Source of the DNA: Pedobacter sp.
GTDB lineage: Bacteria > Desulfobacterota > Desulfuromonadia > Desulfuromonadales > Syntrophotaleaceae
Reading direction: 5' to 3'
NCBI GenBank assembly: GCA_050253415.1
Contig: JBFWJC010000002.1
Span: 224,001-288,000, forward strand
Length of the DNA stretch: 64,000 bases
Shown here: positions 21,596 through 31,396 of the stretch, in pieces
Position numbering within the stretch: position 1 is the first letter of the stretch
Layout of the letters: each line of letters begins with the position of its first letter
Notes under the pieces: model-generated
What the model was told of the DNA's origin: nothing
The model's database searches: none
Seen by the model: the letters and a program-made list of their open reading frames with translations, nothing else
Made by a program: the position numbers and the translations under genes

Positions 21596-21618
21596 AACCT
21601 ACGGCAATCGCTATCTGC

Positions 21619-21655
21619 AAGCCCCCGGTTCATCAGGCATGAACCGGGGGTTTTT
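21619..21655 (+). terminator. Intrinsic terminator-like hairpin
   Basis: CCCCCGGTTCAT...ATGAACCGGGGG followed by TTTTT. Confidence 0.7.
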
Positions 21656-21691
21656 GCATGAACGTTTCCGACCACAGAAGGAGGAGTCAAT

Positions 21692-23029
21692 ATGTCCCTT
21701 GCTAAACAATACCGTAGCAAACTGACCTCGGCCTCAGAGGCGGTCAAGGTCGTCAAATCCGGCGACTGGGTCGATTACGGCTGGTGCCTCGGCCATCCGG
21801 TGGTTACCGACCGGGCGTTGGCCGCTCGCGCCGCGGAACTTGCTGATGTCAAGGTTCGCGGCGGCGTGACCATGTGGATGCCGGAGATCTGCGCCATCCC
21901 GGATCCGGCCAAGCATTTCACCTGGAATTCCTGGCACTGCTCCGGTGTCGATCGCAAGATCATCGCAGCCGGTTGTGGCTACTATGGGCCCATGCGTTAT
22001 TCCGAGTTGCCCCGTTTTTATCGGGACAGCGTTGATCCCGTCGATGTCGCCATGTTCCAGGTCGCTCCCATGGACGACCACGGCTATTTCAATTTCGGCC
22101 CCCAGGCCTCTCATCTGATGGCGGTTTGCGAGCGCGCCAAGGTCATCATCGTGGAGGTCAACCGCAACATGCCCCGTTGCCTGGGCGGCAACGAAGAGGC
22201 CATCCATATCTCCCGGGTGACCCATGTCGTCGAGGGGGAAGACAGTCCGCTGGCCCAGTTGCCTTCGGCGCCCCTTACCGACATCGACAACCGGGTCGCG
22301 CAACGGATCGTCGAAGAGATCCCTGACGGGGCCTGCCTGCAACTCGGTATCGGCGGGATGCCCAATGCCGTCGGCATGCTCATCGCCGAATCCGACCTCA
22401 AAGACCTGGGGGTGCATACGGAGATGTATGTCGATGCTTTCGTCGATATGTCCCTGCGAGGCAAAATCAACGGTTCGCGCAAGACCATCGATCGGTTCCG
22501 CCAGGTATTCGCCTTCGCCGCCGGTACCCCGAAGCTGTACGAGTTTTTGCATAACAACCCGCAGATCATGAGTGCCCCCGTCGATTACTGCAACGATGTG
22601 CGCAACGTCGCCATGATCGACAACTTCGTTTCAATCAACAATGCCGTGGAGGTCGACCTGTTCGGCCAGGTTTCCTCCGAATCGGCCGGGGTCCGTCAGA
22701 TCAGCGGCACCGGCGGCCAGCTCGACTTCGTTATGGGAGCCTATCTGTCCAAAGGAGGCAAAAGCTTCATCTGCCTGTCTTCGATCTATGGCAAGGGCGA
22801 CCAGGTCAAATCGCGGATTGTGCCGACGCTGGCCCCCGGCAGCATCGTGACCGACAGCCGCTCCTGCGTACAGTGGGTGGTAACGGAACACGGCAAGGTC
22901 AACCTGAAAGGCATGAATACCTGGCAGCGGGCGGAGGCTCTCATCTCCATTGCCCATCCCGATTTTCAGGAGGAGCTTATGGCCGCAGCGGACGACATGG
23001 GGATCTGGCGCCGCAAAAACTGCCGCTGA
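21692..23029 (+). CDS. Butyryl-CoA:acetate CoA-transferase (acetyl-CoA hydrolase/transferase family)
   Basis: [36 protein letters not shown]. Confidence 0.9.
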   Translation: MSLAKQYRSKLTSASEAVKVVKSGDWVDYGWCLGHPVVTDRALAARAAELADVKVRGGVTMWMPEICAIPDPAKHFTWNSWHCSGVDRKIIAAGCGYYGPMRYSELPRFYRDSVDPVDVAMFQVAPMDDHGYFNFGPQASHLMAVCERAKVIIVEVNRNMPRCLGGNEEAIHISRVTHVVEGEDSPLAQLPSAPLTDIDNRVAQRIVEEIPDGACLQLGIGGMPNAVGMLIAESDLKDLGVHTEMYVDAFVDMSLRGKINGSRKTIDRFRQVFAFAAGTPKLYEFLHNNPQIMSAPVDYCNDVRNVAMIDNFVSINNAVEVDLFGQVSSESAGVRQISGTGGQLDFVMGAYLSKGGKSFICLSSIYGKGDQVKSRIVPTLAPGSIVTDSRSCVQWVVTEHGKVNLKGMNTWQRAEALISIAHPDFQEELMAAADDMGIWRRKNCR

Positions 23030-23033
23030 CCGG

Positions 23034-23049
23034 TGCAATATTTGTTGCA
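23034..23049. promoter_or_regulatory. Putative enhancer (UAS) TGCAA-N6-TTGCA
   Basis: TGCAATATTTGTTGCA. Confidence 0.6.
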
Positions 23050-23143
23050 GGAGACAGGTATGTTGCATCCCCTTGAAACAATGAAAACAGAAGATGCAAA
23101 TGAAAGTCATTGAAATAATGGTGATTTTTTGAATAACTCAGGG

Positions 23144-23159
23144 TGGTATGGTCGCTGCA
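23144..23159 (+). promoter_or_regulatory. Sigma54 promoter of pta
   Basis: TGGTAT-GGTCG-CTGCA (GG-N10-GC); IHF-like site at 23103-23115. Confidence 0.6.
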
Positions 23160-23387
23160 ATCTGTATTTACCGTGACGCTGCCATCCAGGCATCCAGCGG
23201 CTTCGGCTGCGTGTAGCCATGTATGACAGGTAGTGCTGATGTTGCCGGGTAGAGGCGGCGCTCCCCCTTATCCTCCCAGATGATGAAATACATAGGGGAG
23301 GCGTCGCCTCTTAAATCAGGTTTGTTCGCAACACCAGCAGAGCGTGAAGTTACCGTTACCGATTAAAGAATCCATCGAGGGGAAGAC

Positions 23388-24389
23388 ATGGACCTGATTG
23401 CGAAGATCAAGCAAAATGCCCGCCGCCAGCCGCAAACCATCGTGTTGCCGGAAAGTTACGATGATCGCATGCTGCTGGCCGCCGATCAAATAACCTCCGA
23501 GGGGCTGGCCCGCATTGTGCTGCTCGGTGACCCGGAGTCCCTCAGGGACAGGGCGGTGGCGATCGGCGCCGACCTGGGCGGGGTTACCTTGCTGGCGCCC
23601 GCCGCCAGTCCCAGGCTGCAGGACTATGTCGATGAACTGGTGGCCCTGCGTAAGCACAAGGGACTTACCGCTGACGAGGCATGCAAACATCTGCTGGCGT
23701 TGGACCAGTTGTATTTTGCGGCCATGATGGTGCGCAAAGGGGATGCCGACGGCGCTGTGGCCGGGGCTTTCAACAGTACCGGCGATGTGCTGCGGGCGGC
23801 GCTGCAGGTGGTGGGGACCGCTGACGGCATCCGTACCGTATCCTCGGTTATGCTGATGGTGACCCCCAATCAGACGTTGGGAGAAAACGGCACCCTGCTG
23901 TTCGCCGACTGCGTGGTCAATCCCAGACCCGATGCGCAGGCCCTGGCCGAAATCGCCGTGACCACCGCCAGAAGCTGCCGAAGTCTGCTCGGGGTGGAGG
24001 CGCGGGTGGCGCTGCTGTCTTTTTCCACTATGGGTAGTGCCAGCCACGAGGAGGTGGACAGGGTGCGTCAGGCCCTGGACATCGCTCGTCGCCTTGCACC
24101 GGATGTGCTTATCGACGGGGAAATGCAGTTGGATGCCGCTATCGTGCCTCATGTCGCCGGCCAGAAAGCGCCGGATTCGCCGGTCGCCGGGCGTGCCAAT
24201 ACCCTGATCTTTCCCGATCTCAATGCCGGAAATATCGGTTACAAACTGACCGAGCGAATCGCCGGGGCAAAGGTTGCCGGTTTGATGGTGCAGGGGCTGG
24301 CCAAGCCGGTCAACGACATGTCCCGCGGCTGTTCGGTGGAGGATATCGTCAGTACCGTGGCCATGACCGCCGTGCAGGCCCAGGGATGA
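23388..24389 (+). CDS. pta: Phosphate acetyltransferase
   Basis: IVLPES, FADC, LSFST, DGEMQLDAA, FPDLNAGNIGYK, PVNDMSRG. Confidence 0.95.
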   Translation: MDLIAKIKQNARRQPQTIVLPESYDDRMLLAADQITSEGLARIVLLGDPESLRDRAVAIGADLGGVTLLAPAASPRLQDYVDELVALRKHKGLTADEACKHLLALDQLYFAAMMVRKGDADGAVAGAFNSTGDVLRAALQVVGTADGIRTVSSVMLMVTPNQTLGENGTLLFADCVVNPRPDAQALAEIAVTTARSCRSLLGVEARVALLSFSTMGSASHEEVDRVRQALDIARRLAPDVLIDGEMQLDAAIVPHVAGQKAPDSPVAGRANTLIFPDLNAGNIGYKLTERIAGAKVAGLMVQGLAKPVNDMSRGCSVEDIVSTVAMTAVQAQG

Positions 24390-24538
24390 ACGCTGCATGA
24401 GCCTTTGATCAGCACTTTTCTGGTAAAAAGAGGCAATGGCAGGTAAAATGCTTTTGTCCCCGGGCAATAATCCCGCATACATGAAGCAGGTGGGCAGCTG
24501 ACCCTGCCCATCATTCCCATCTGAAAGACGAGGAAAAC

Positions 24539-25963
24539 ATGGCGCCTGTCTGTGACAACCTGCCCGTTCTGCTGGTCGATGATGAGCCCAATATACTTTT
24601 CAGCTCCCGCACCATTCTGCGTAGTGCCGGTATCCGCGAGGTAGAAACCTGCGATGACAGCCGCATGGTTATGTCGTTGCTGGCCAAGCGCAACTTCGGG
24701 GTCGTCGTCCTTGACCTGTTCATGCCCCATGTCTCCGGCCAGGAACTGCTGGTCGATATCTGTCGTAAATACCCGCATATCCCGGTACTCATCATGACCG
24801 CCAGCGACGAGCTGGACCTGGCGGTGCAGTGCATGAAGACGGGGGCTCACGATTACCTGGTGAAACCGGTAGATAAAACCCGCTTTGTGACCAGTGTGCA
24901 ACGCACCCTGGAATTGTGCAACCTGCGCAACGAGGTTCACCTGCTCAAGGAACAACTCCTTTCGGATCAGCTCGAACATCCGGAAGTATTCGCGCCCATC
25001 ATCACCTGCAGCAAGAAGATGACCGGCATTTTCCGGTATATGGAGGTCATCGCCTGTTCCCGCCAGCCGATTCTCATTACCGGCGAAACCGGCGTCGGCA
25101 AGGAGCTGTTTGCCACCGCCATTCATCAACTCAGCGGCCTGTCCGGCAAGCTGGTGTGCGTCAATGTCGCAGGGCTGGATGATAACCTGTTTTCCGATAC
25201 CCTGTTCGGCCACGAGCGCGGCGCCTTTACCGGTGCCGACAGGCCGCGGGCCGGCCTGATCTCCCAGGCGGCCGGAGGCACCCTGTTCCTTGACGAAATC
25301 GGCGATCTCAAGGAAGCTTCCCAGGTCAAACTACTGCGTCTTTTGCAGGAGGGTGAGTATTATCCCATCGGCTCCGATGTCCCCCGCAAGAGCGATGCCC
25401 GGGTGGTGGTCGCCACCAACAAGAACCTGCAGCAGATGATGGTCAAAGAGCAGTTTCGCAGCGACCTGTATTATCGGCTCTGCGCGCACCATGTCCATAT
25501 TCCGCCCCTTCGCGAGCGGATCGAAGATATACCCTTCCTGCTCGACTATTTTGTCAGCAGGGCGGCCCGGGAATTTCATAAAAAAACACCGACCTCCAAT
25601 CCGGAAATGTCTCGCCTGCTCGGAACCTATGCCTTCCCCGGGAATGTGCGGGAGTTGCAGGCCATGGTTTACGATGCCGTCGCCCGACATCAGACCGGTG
25701 TGCTCTCCATGGACAGCTTCAAAAATATCATCTGTCGCGAGCAGGTCGAACTGTCTCCCCCTCTGAATGCAGAGGGGCCCGATGCGGAGCGACTGCGCAG
25801 TCTGTTCGGCCGGTTTCCCACCCTCAAAGAGATGACCGGTCTGCTGGTCACCTCTGCCATGGACCTGGCCAAGGGCAACCAGGGCGTCGCCAGCACGTTG
25901 CTGGGTATTTCCCGACAGGCCCTCAATCAGCGCCTCAAACGGCAGGAGCAGGCCGACGATTGA
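24539..25963 (+). CDS. Sigma54-dependent response regulator (NtrC family)
   Basis: Receiver domain, GETGVGKE, GAFTGA, FLDEIG, FPGNVREL, C-terminal Fis-type HTH. Confidence 0.95.
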   Translation: MAPVCDNLPVLLVDDEPNILFSSRTILRSAGIREVETCDDSRMVMSLLAKRNFGVVVLDLFMPHVSGQELLVDICRKYPHIPVLIMTASDELDLAVQCMKTGAHDYLVKPVDKTRFVTSVQRTLELCNLRNEVHLLKEQLLSDQLEHPEVFAPIITCSKKMTGIFRYMEVIACSRQPILITGETGVGKELFATAIHQLSGLSGKLVCVNVAGLDDNLFSDTLFGHERGAFTGADRPRAGLISQAAGGTLFLDEIGDLKEASQVKLLRLLQEGEYYPIGSDVPRKSDARVVVATNKNLQQMMVKEQFRSDLYYRLCAHHVHIPPLRERIEDIPFLLDYFVSRAAREFHKKTPTSNPEMSRLLGTYAFPGNVRELQAMVYDAVARHQTGVLSMDSFKNIICREQVELSPPLNAEGPDAERLRSLFGRFPTLKEMTGLLVTSAMDLAKGNQGVASTLLGISRQALNQRLKRQEQADD

Positions 25964-26024
25964 TATCCGTCATCATGGGTTAATCCTGAGCATACTGCCT
26001 CACGAAAATCTTAAAAACAAAGCA

Positions 26025-26338
26025 TTCACCACGAAGATCACGAAGGACACGAAGAAGTTCCGATAACGACAGAGCCATTAGGAACAGGGATATTCAGGAT
26101 AGACAGGATGAAAACCAGAGGCCTTGGGTTTAGGGCTTTATCCTGATCATCCTGCATATCCCTGTAAAATCAAGATTGCCCCGGACAACGATCATCACAA
26201 ATAGGACCACAGAGGACACGAAGAAGTTCAAGTATTCTCAAAGCCCTCAACAAACAGGGATAATCAGGATGTACAGGATAAATTCTTAGAGTCCATTCCT
26301 TTGGTTTTAATCCTGCGGATCCTGTATATCCCTGTTAA
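26025..26338. repeat. Cluster of 9/10-nt-periodic hairpin repeats (CACGAAGNN arms; two AACAGGGAT...ATCCCTGT hairpins)
   Basis: Hairpins at 26083-26166 and 26252-26337; 26206-26338 recurs inverted at 30434-30568. Confidence 0.8.
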
Positions 26339-26623
26339 ATGCAGTTTTGGTTGCCAACTCTCCTCATGTTTCTCTTTTTTGTTTATCTGAGTACATCCAT
26401 CTTTACCACCCTTCGTCGTAGGACTTTTTTGCAATTTTTTTTCCGGATAAGGCCGTCATTCCGTGGATTGGATGATTCCTCTCCGGATTAGGCCGACGCC
26501 TCAACCTATCTTGCTCATTCATCAACTTTTCTTGCATCTCCGCTTTGCCCCTTGTACATGTCTCGCTTGACTCCCGGTTACCCGCATAACCGACTCTCCA
26601 TGTAGGGATCTCCCCTGTGCCCA

Positions 26624-26639
26624 TGCAGGAGATGTTGCA
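26624..26639. promoter_or_regulatory. Putative enhancer (UAS) TGCAG-N6-TTGCA
   Basis: TGCAGGAGATGTTGCA. Confidence 0.55.
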
Positions 26640-26716
26640 CCCCCGACGTTGTTCCCGTCATCCATTTATATCTACAAGTATCTGAAAATACATATTGTTT
26701 TCGCGTTTACGGGTTT

Positions 26717-26732
26717 TGGTACATTCTCTGCT
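26717..26732 (+). promoter_or_regulatory. Sigma54 promoter of adh
   Basis: TGGTAC-ATTCT-CTGCT; IHF-like site at 26675-26687. Confidence 0.65.
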
Positions 26733-26857
26733 CTTGTTTCAGGCGTACCACAAATGATTACCAGGAGGAGGACGCATCTGCGGTCCGCTGTTATGTGGCA
26801 TGTCGGAACGATCTGCATGCTTTTTTAAACCCGAAAACAAGAGAAGGAGAATGCATC

Positions 26858-28027
26858 ATGGGAGCAATGGCAGAACAGGTATATGGCTTTTTCATGCCCA
26901 CCACTTCGCTGCTCGGTAACGGCGCAGTCAAGGAAATCGGCAATCAGGCCAAGGTTCTCGGCGGCACCAAGGCCCTGATCGTTACCGACATCGGTCTGGT
27001 CAAACTTGGCATGGTCGATCAGGTTAAAGGCTATCTTGAGGCGGCCGGCATCCAGGTTGCGGTGTTTGACGGTGTAGAACCCAATCCTACCGACATCAAT
27101 GTGCGCGATTGTCTGAAAGCCTGGCAGGAAAATAACTGTGATCTGCTCATTACCTTCGGCGGCGGTAGTTCACACGACTGCGGCAAGGGCATGGGTATTA
27201 TGGCTACCAGCGGCGGCGATATTCGCGACTGGGCCGGTATCGATACCCTGGCGAGCGCCCTGCCGCCCTATATCTCCATCAACACCACCGCCGGTACCGC
27301 CAGCGAAATGACCCGTTTTGCGGTCGTCACCAATACCGATACCCACGTCAAAATGATCTATGCCGACGCGCGGCTGACCGCCGACGTGGCCATCAACGAC
27401 CCTTCCCTGATGGTCGGTTTGCCCCCCTCACTGACCGCCGCTACCGGCATGGACGCCCTGACCCATGCTGTTGAAGCCTACGTCACCACCCTGATGTCCA
27501 ACCCCATCACCGATGCTTGTGCTATCCAGGCCATTACCCTTATCGGTAAATGGCTGCGCAAGGCGGTGGCAAACGGCACAGACATGGAAGCCCGCGACGC
27601 CATGGCCTACGCCGAATATCTCGCCGGCATGGCTTTCAACAGCGCCGGCCTCGGCATCGTTCATTCCATGGCCCATCAGCCCGGCAGTCTGCTCGGCAAG
27701 CCTCATGGCGTGTGCAACGCCATCTGCCTGCCGGTGGTGTGTGAATTCAACCTCATGGCCAATGCCGAAAAATACGCCCATGTGGCCCAATTGCTGGGCG
27801 AAGATATCTCCGGACTGAACACCATGGACGCCGCCGAAAAAGCCCTGACCGCTATTCGCCGCCTGTCCAAAGATGTCGGTATCCCCTCGGGTCTGGCTGA
27901 AATCGGCGTGACCGAAAAGGATATTCCCTTCATGGCCGAAAATGCCCTGAAGGATGTCTGTACCCTGTTCAATCCCCGTACCGTCAAGCTGAACGACCTG
28001 ATCGACCTGTACAAAAAGGCTCTGTAA
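26858..28027 (+). CDS. Iron-containing alcohol dehydrogenase
   Basis: GGGSSHDCGK, TTAGTASE, GMDALTHAVE, HSMAH, HGVCNA; AAGGAG RBS. Confidence 0.95.
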   Translation: MGAMAEQVYGFFMPTTSLLGNGAVKEIGNQAKVLGGTKALIVTDIGLVKLGMVDQVKGYLEAAGIQVAVFDGVEPNPTDINVRDCLKAWQENNCDLLITFGGGSSHDCGKGMGIMATSGGDIRDWAGIDTLASALPPYISINTTAGTASEMTRFAVVTNTDTHVKMIYADARLTADVAINDPSLMVGLPPSLTAATGMDALTHAVEAYVTTLMSNPITDACAIQAITLIGKWLRKAVANGTDMEARDAMAYAEYLAGMAFNSAGLGIVHSMAHQPGSLLGKPHGVCNAICLPVVCEFNLMANAEKYAHVAQLLGEDISGLNTMDAAEKALTAIRRLSKDVGIPSGLAEIGVTEKDIPFMAENALKDVCTLFNPRTVKLNDLIDLYKKAL

Positions 28028-28129
28028 TATCCGGCGGGGCGTCGTATGCAGACGGCGCCCCGCTTCGCTTTCACCCGGTTTTTAATGCACGTATTTTGGT
28101 CCCGCCAGGGGCACTGTGGAGGCAGGAAT

Positions 28130-28996
28130 ATGAAAAGGTCCCTTCTCGTCAGCATTCTTTTGTGCACCATTTTCTGGCCCGACCTGGCCAAGGCTACGGA
28201 TCCCAGAGATTACATCCCGCTGGCAGCCGGTTCCATGCTGTTCTGCACCTATTTGCAACACACCACCGGCCACCGGATGAAGGTCGATGACGAGGTCGTT
28301 TCCAGCGACTTCAACCTCAGCCAGAACCTCGTCATCTTCCGACCGGTGTATTACACCAACCTCGGCCCCTTCGTGGTTGACCCGCAGGCATTGATTATCG
28401 CCGGCGAAGCCAGTCTCGACGGCGATCTGGTCAGCGACACCTCCAGTTCCGGCATCGCCGATCCGGTGTTGCTCATGACCACCTGGTTCGTCAACAATCC
28501 GGAAAAACAGCTGTGGTTCGGCTGGACACCTTACTTCACTGTTCCCATCGGCGAATACAGCAAAAAACGCCCCCTTAACCTGGGCACCAATCGTTGGGCG
28601 CTTAAAAACGAGTTGGGTCTGGTCAAAGGGTTCGGTCCTTTCTATGTTGACCTGGTCGGACATGTCACGGTGTTTGGCGACAATGATGACTTCTGGAGTG
28701 GTACCGATACGGTGACCAAAAAACAAGATGCGCTCTACGGCGCCGAAGTGCACATGAGCTACGATATCACCAAACGCTGGTGGCTCGGTTTGAGTTACTT
28801 TTACAGCGGTGGCGGTGAAACGGAAATCGACGGCATCGATCAGCAGGACGATCAGGATAACCATGCTCTGATGTTCACCTCGGCCTTTGGTATCGGCGAC
28901 AACTATCAGCTGCTATTGCAATATCGTGATGACTTTTCGGTAAAAAGCGGTATCGAAACAAAATCGATACAGGCCCGGTTCGCTTTCTTCTACTGA
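28130..28996 (+). CDS. Outer-membrane beta-barrel transporter (QbdB/MetA-pathway phenol degradation-like)
   Basis: Signal peptide, SGIADP, P.GEY....LNLGTNRW, amphipathic strands, aromatic C-terminus. Confidence 0.8.
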   Translation: MKRSLLVSILLCTIFWPDLAKATDPRDYIPLAAGSMLFCTYLQHTTGHRMKVDDEVVSSDFNLSQNLVIFRPVYYTNLGPFVVDPQALIIAGEASLDGDLVSDTSSSGIADPVLLMTTWFVNNPEKQLWFGWTPYFTVPIGEYSKKRPLNLGTNRWALKNELGLVKGFGPFYVDLVGHVTVFGDNDDFWSGTDTVTKKQDALYGAEVHMSYDITKRWWLGLSYFYSGGGETEIDGIDQQDDQDNHALMFTSAFGIGDNYQLLLQYRDDFSVKSGIETKSIQARFAFFY

Positions 28997-29022
28997 TGGT
29001 TGGCCGATGAAAGGAGAGTTTT

Positions 29023-29187
29023 ATGAAAAAGTTGACGCGTTATCTGGTGCCGGCACTGTTGCTCTCTGCTCTTTTGTGGGCGGCATGCAGCAACCTGCGG
29101 CCTTTGCAAAAGGGTGAATCCGTTACCTGTCCATCCTGCGGCGCTTCTTTCACCATCGAGGAGGGGATGAAGCAAAGCAAGCTTTGA
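29023..29187 (+). CDS. 54-aa lipoprotein with CxxC (below the ORF-track cutoff)
   Basis: AAGGAG RBS; MKKLTRYLVPALLLSALLWAAC lipoprotein leader, then VTCPSCG; followed by a terminator. Confidence 0.7.
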   Translation: MKKLTRYLVPALLLSALLWAACSNLRPLQKGESVTCPSCGASFTIEEGMKQSKL

Positions 29188-29221
29188 ACTCACAACTTTT
29201 AATACGTTGATTTCTGCGAGA

Positions 29222-29252
29222 TTTTCCCCTCTTGGGCGGAGGGGATTTTTTT
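29222..29252 (+). terminator. Intrinsic terminator of the adh operon
   Basis: TCCCCTC...GAGGGGA followed by a T-run. Confidence 0.65.
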
Positions 29253-29350
29253 TGCCTGCCAGAGGGGGCGGCCATCCTCATATCTTGCCAATCGGTCGGC
29301 ATTCTGGCAGACTCCAGGACAATTGAATCCCGTATTCCCGGAGCCCGTCC

Positions 29351-30226
29351 ATGTCCAAATCAGGCGCGCAGTCTGCCCAAATCGGTGAGTCGGTCCGTTT
29401 CATCCATCAGGGCCGCGAACAGACCGGCATCGTTGCGCGCGTCGATCGACACCAGTTGTTTATCCTGGGGGATGATCGCCGCAGCTACCAGGTCCCCCGC
29501 GACCAGCTGTTGCCCGTATTCCAGGCACCTCCTCGCGTGCCGCCACCGACCGTCGAGCTGCCGACTAGCGGCGCCGGCGCCTTGCAGTTCAATGTTGACG
29601 ACCGGGTTTGTTTCCGCTACCGGGAGCAGACCGTCATCGGTCGCATTGCGCGTCTCAATCCCCGCCGGGCCCTGGTGGTAAGCGACTCCAACGACGAATA
29701 CCGCGTGCCTTATGAACTGCTGACGCGCGAAACCACCGGGGCGGCAGGCCCTGTCGTCGTGGCGGACGATGCTTTGCTGCTGGCTGCCATCAAAGAGCAG
29801 GCGAGTGCGTTGCTCAAACGTCACGGACTCAAGGATTGGCGCTTCGCCTTCGATGATGCCACGCGCCGTGCCGGTAGCTGCCAGTTCACCCGTCGTACCA
29901 TCACCCTGTCCCGGCACCTGGCGCGCAACGCGCCCGAGGCCGAGATCCTCGACACCCTTCTGCATGAAATCGCCCACGCCCTGGTCGGTCCCCGTCACAA
30001 CCACGATGCCGTTTGGCGCGCCAAGGCCGTGGCGCTCGGCAGCAGCGGCGAGCGCTGTCACAATCTGCGTTTCGCGCCGCCGCGTTATATCGTCAGCTGC
30101 CGGAACGGCTGCTGGAGCGCCACCGCCGAGCGCCGCCGGCGCAATGTGGTGTGCCGTACATGCAAGGGGGAGATTGTCTACCAGACCTATACGCGTGAGC
30201 GTTGGGCCGAACAAAATCCGGACTGA
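29351..30226 (+). CDS. SprT-like zinc metalloprotease with duplicated N-terminal SH3/KOW-like domains
   Basis: RRAGSC, LLHEIAH, HNHDAVW, C-terminal C..C/CRTC zinc ribbon. Confidence 0.85.
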   Translation: MSKSGAQSAQIGESVRFIHQGREQTGIVARVDRHQLFILGDDRRSYQVPRDQLLPVFQAPPRVPPPTVELPTSGAGALQFNVDDRVCFRYREQTVIGRIARLNPRRALVVSDSNDEYRVPYELLTRETTGAAGPVVVADDALLLAAIKEQASALLKRHGLKDWRFAFDDATRRAGSCQFTRRTITLSRHLARNAPEAEILDTLLHEIAHALVGPRHNHDAVWRAKAVALGSSGERCHNLRFAPPRYIVSCRNGCWSATAERRRRNVVCRTCKGEIVYQTYTRERWAEQNPD

Positions 30227-30320
30227 TCGACGCAAAATGTCAAACACCGGCCCTGCCTTTGCATACATCCAAGTGACACAATCGTTTCCAACGGATTTTT
30301 GTTAGAAACAACGATCTTAT

Positions 30321-30602
30321 TCCCACCTCGCGCCCGCTTCTTTCAGTCGCTCAAGACACAAAGGCACGGAGGAAAACGGTTTTATCTTCCTTTGTGATCT
30401 TATGTGTTGCCTAGCGCGCCATTTAAGGCAGGTATTAACAGGGATATACAGGATACGCAGGATTAAAACCAAAGGATTGGCACTTGAGATTTTATCTTGA
30501 ACATCCTGATTATCTCTGTTTGTTGTGGGATTTTAAGAGTGTAAGATTTTCTTCGTGATCCCTGTGGCTTGAGTGAGCGAAGTGAACGAGTGCGAGAATG
30601 GG
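30321..30602. repeat. Nested hairpin element: ~50-bp imperfect outer inverted repeat enclosing an AACAGGGAT hairpin
   Basis: Outer arms ~30321-30372 and ~30551-30602; inner hairpin 30437-30520. Confidence 0.7.
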
Positions 30603-30660
30603 TTTGCTTTGAAATGTTCACCTGATTATTTGTAAGTTCAATTCATTTAAGGATATCTTT

Positions 30661-31287
30661 ATGGCCGGACATAAAACCCACTCCGCTGCCGGCGTCGCGA
30701 TTGCTGCTGTGCTGGCCGGCACCACCACCCTTGTGGGCAGCATTCCGCCGGCCCAGCAACCCTTGCTGCTGGCTTGCGGCATGGCTGCCGGGCTGGCTCC
30801 CGATCTTGACAGCGATACCAGCAGGCCGCTGATGATCCTTAAAAGCGCCGTCGGGGTGGCCGTTGTCGGCGCGGTGCTGGTTGATTCTCTCAGCCAGGGC
30901 TTGCCGACGCCCGATGTCGTTGCGCGTACCGGGCTGGCCCTCGGTCTGGTGACGCTGCTGTTTGTGGTGTTTACCCGACTGACCGTGCATCGGGGCATCA
31001 TGCATAGCGTACCGTTTGTCTGTCTGTGGGCTCTGCTCACCATGCAGGCCACTCACACTTTCGGTGGGGCTTTGTCTTTGGCGGCCGGTTTGGTGGCCCT
31101 GATCGCGGGTCTGGGGCATCTGGTGCTCGACGAGCTCTGGTCCATCGAACTCAGGGGCGGCCTGGTTCCAAGGCTCAAACCGACGTTTGGCACGGCCTTC
31201 AAATTCTGGTCCGGATCTGTGCTCGCTACTTTGGTTTGCTATGCCGGTCTGGCCGGGATGTTGTGGCTGCAGGTTTCGCGGACCTGA
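30661..31287 (+). CDS. Membrane metal-dependent hydrolase (YdjM-like)
   Basis: HKTH, PDLD, HRGIMHS and HLVLD motifs with TM segments. Confidence 0.85.
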   Translation: MAGHKTHSAAGVAIAAVLAGTTTLVGSIPPAQQPLLLACGMAAGLAPDLDSDTSRPLMILKSAVGVAVVGAVLVDSLSQGLPTPDVVARTGLALGLVTLLFVVFTRLTVHRGIMHSVPFVCLWALLTMQATHTFGGALSLAAGLVALIAGLGHLVLDELWSIELRGGLVPRLKPTFGTAFKFWSGSVLATLVCYAGLAGMLWLQVSRT

Positions 31288-31396
31288 ACTGTCACCGTTG
31301 TCGGTCCATGGCGACGGATCAAGCCGTGGCAGCGGCACCGGCCTCATTCTTCTCACCCTCTATGATGTTTTACACTCAATACTCGGAACTTCAAGA

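Noticed and set aside
26025..26338. Possible CRISPR array
   Set aside because: Repeats are short periodic inverted arms without regular unique spacers; no cas genes.
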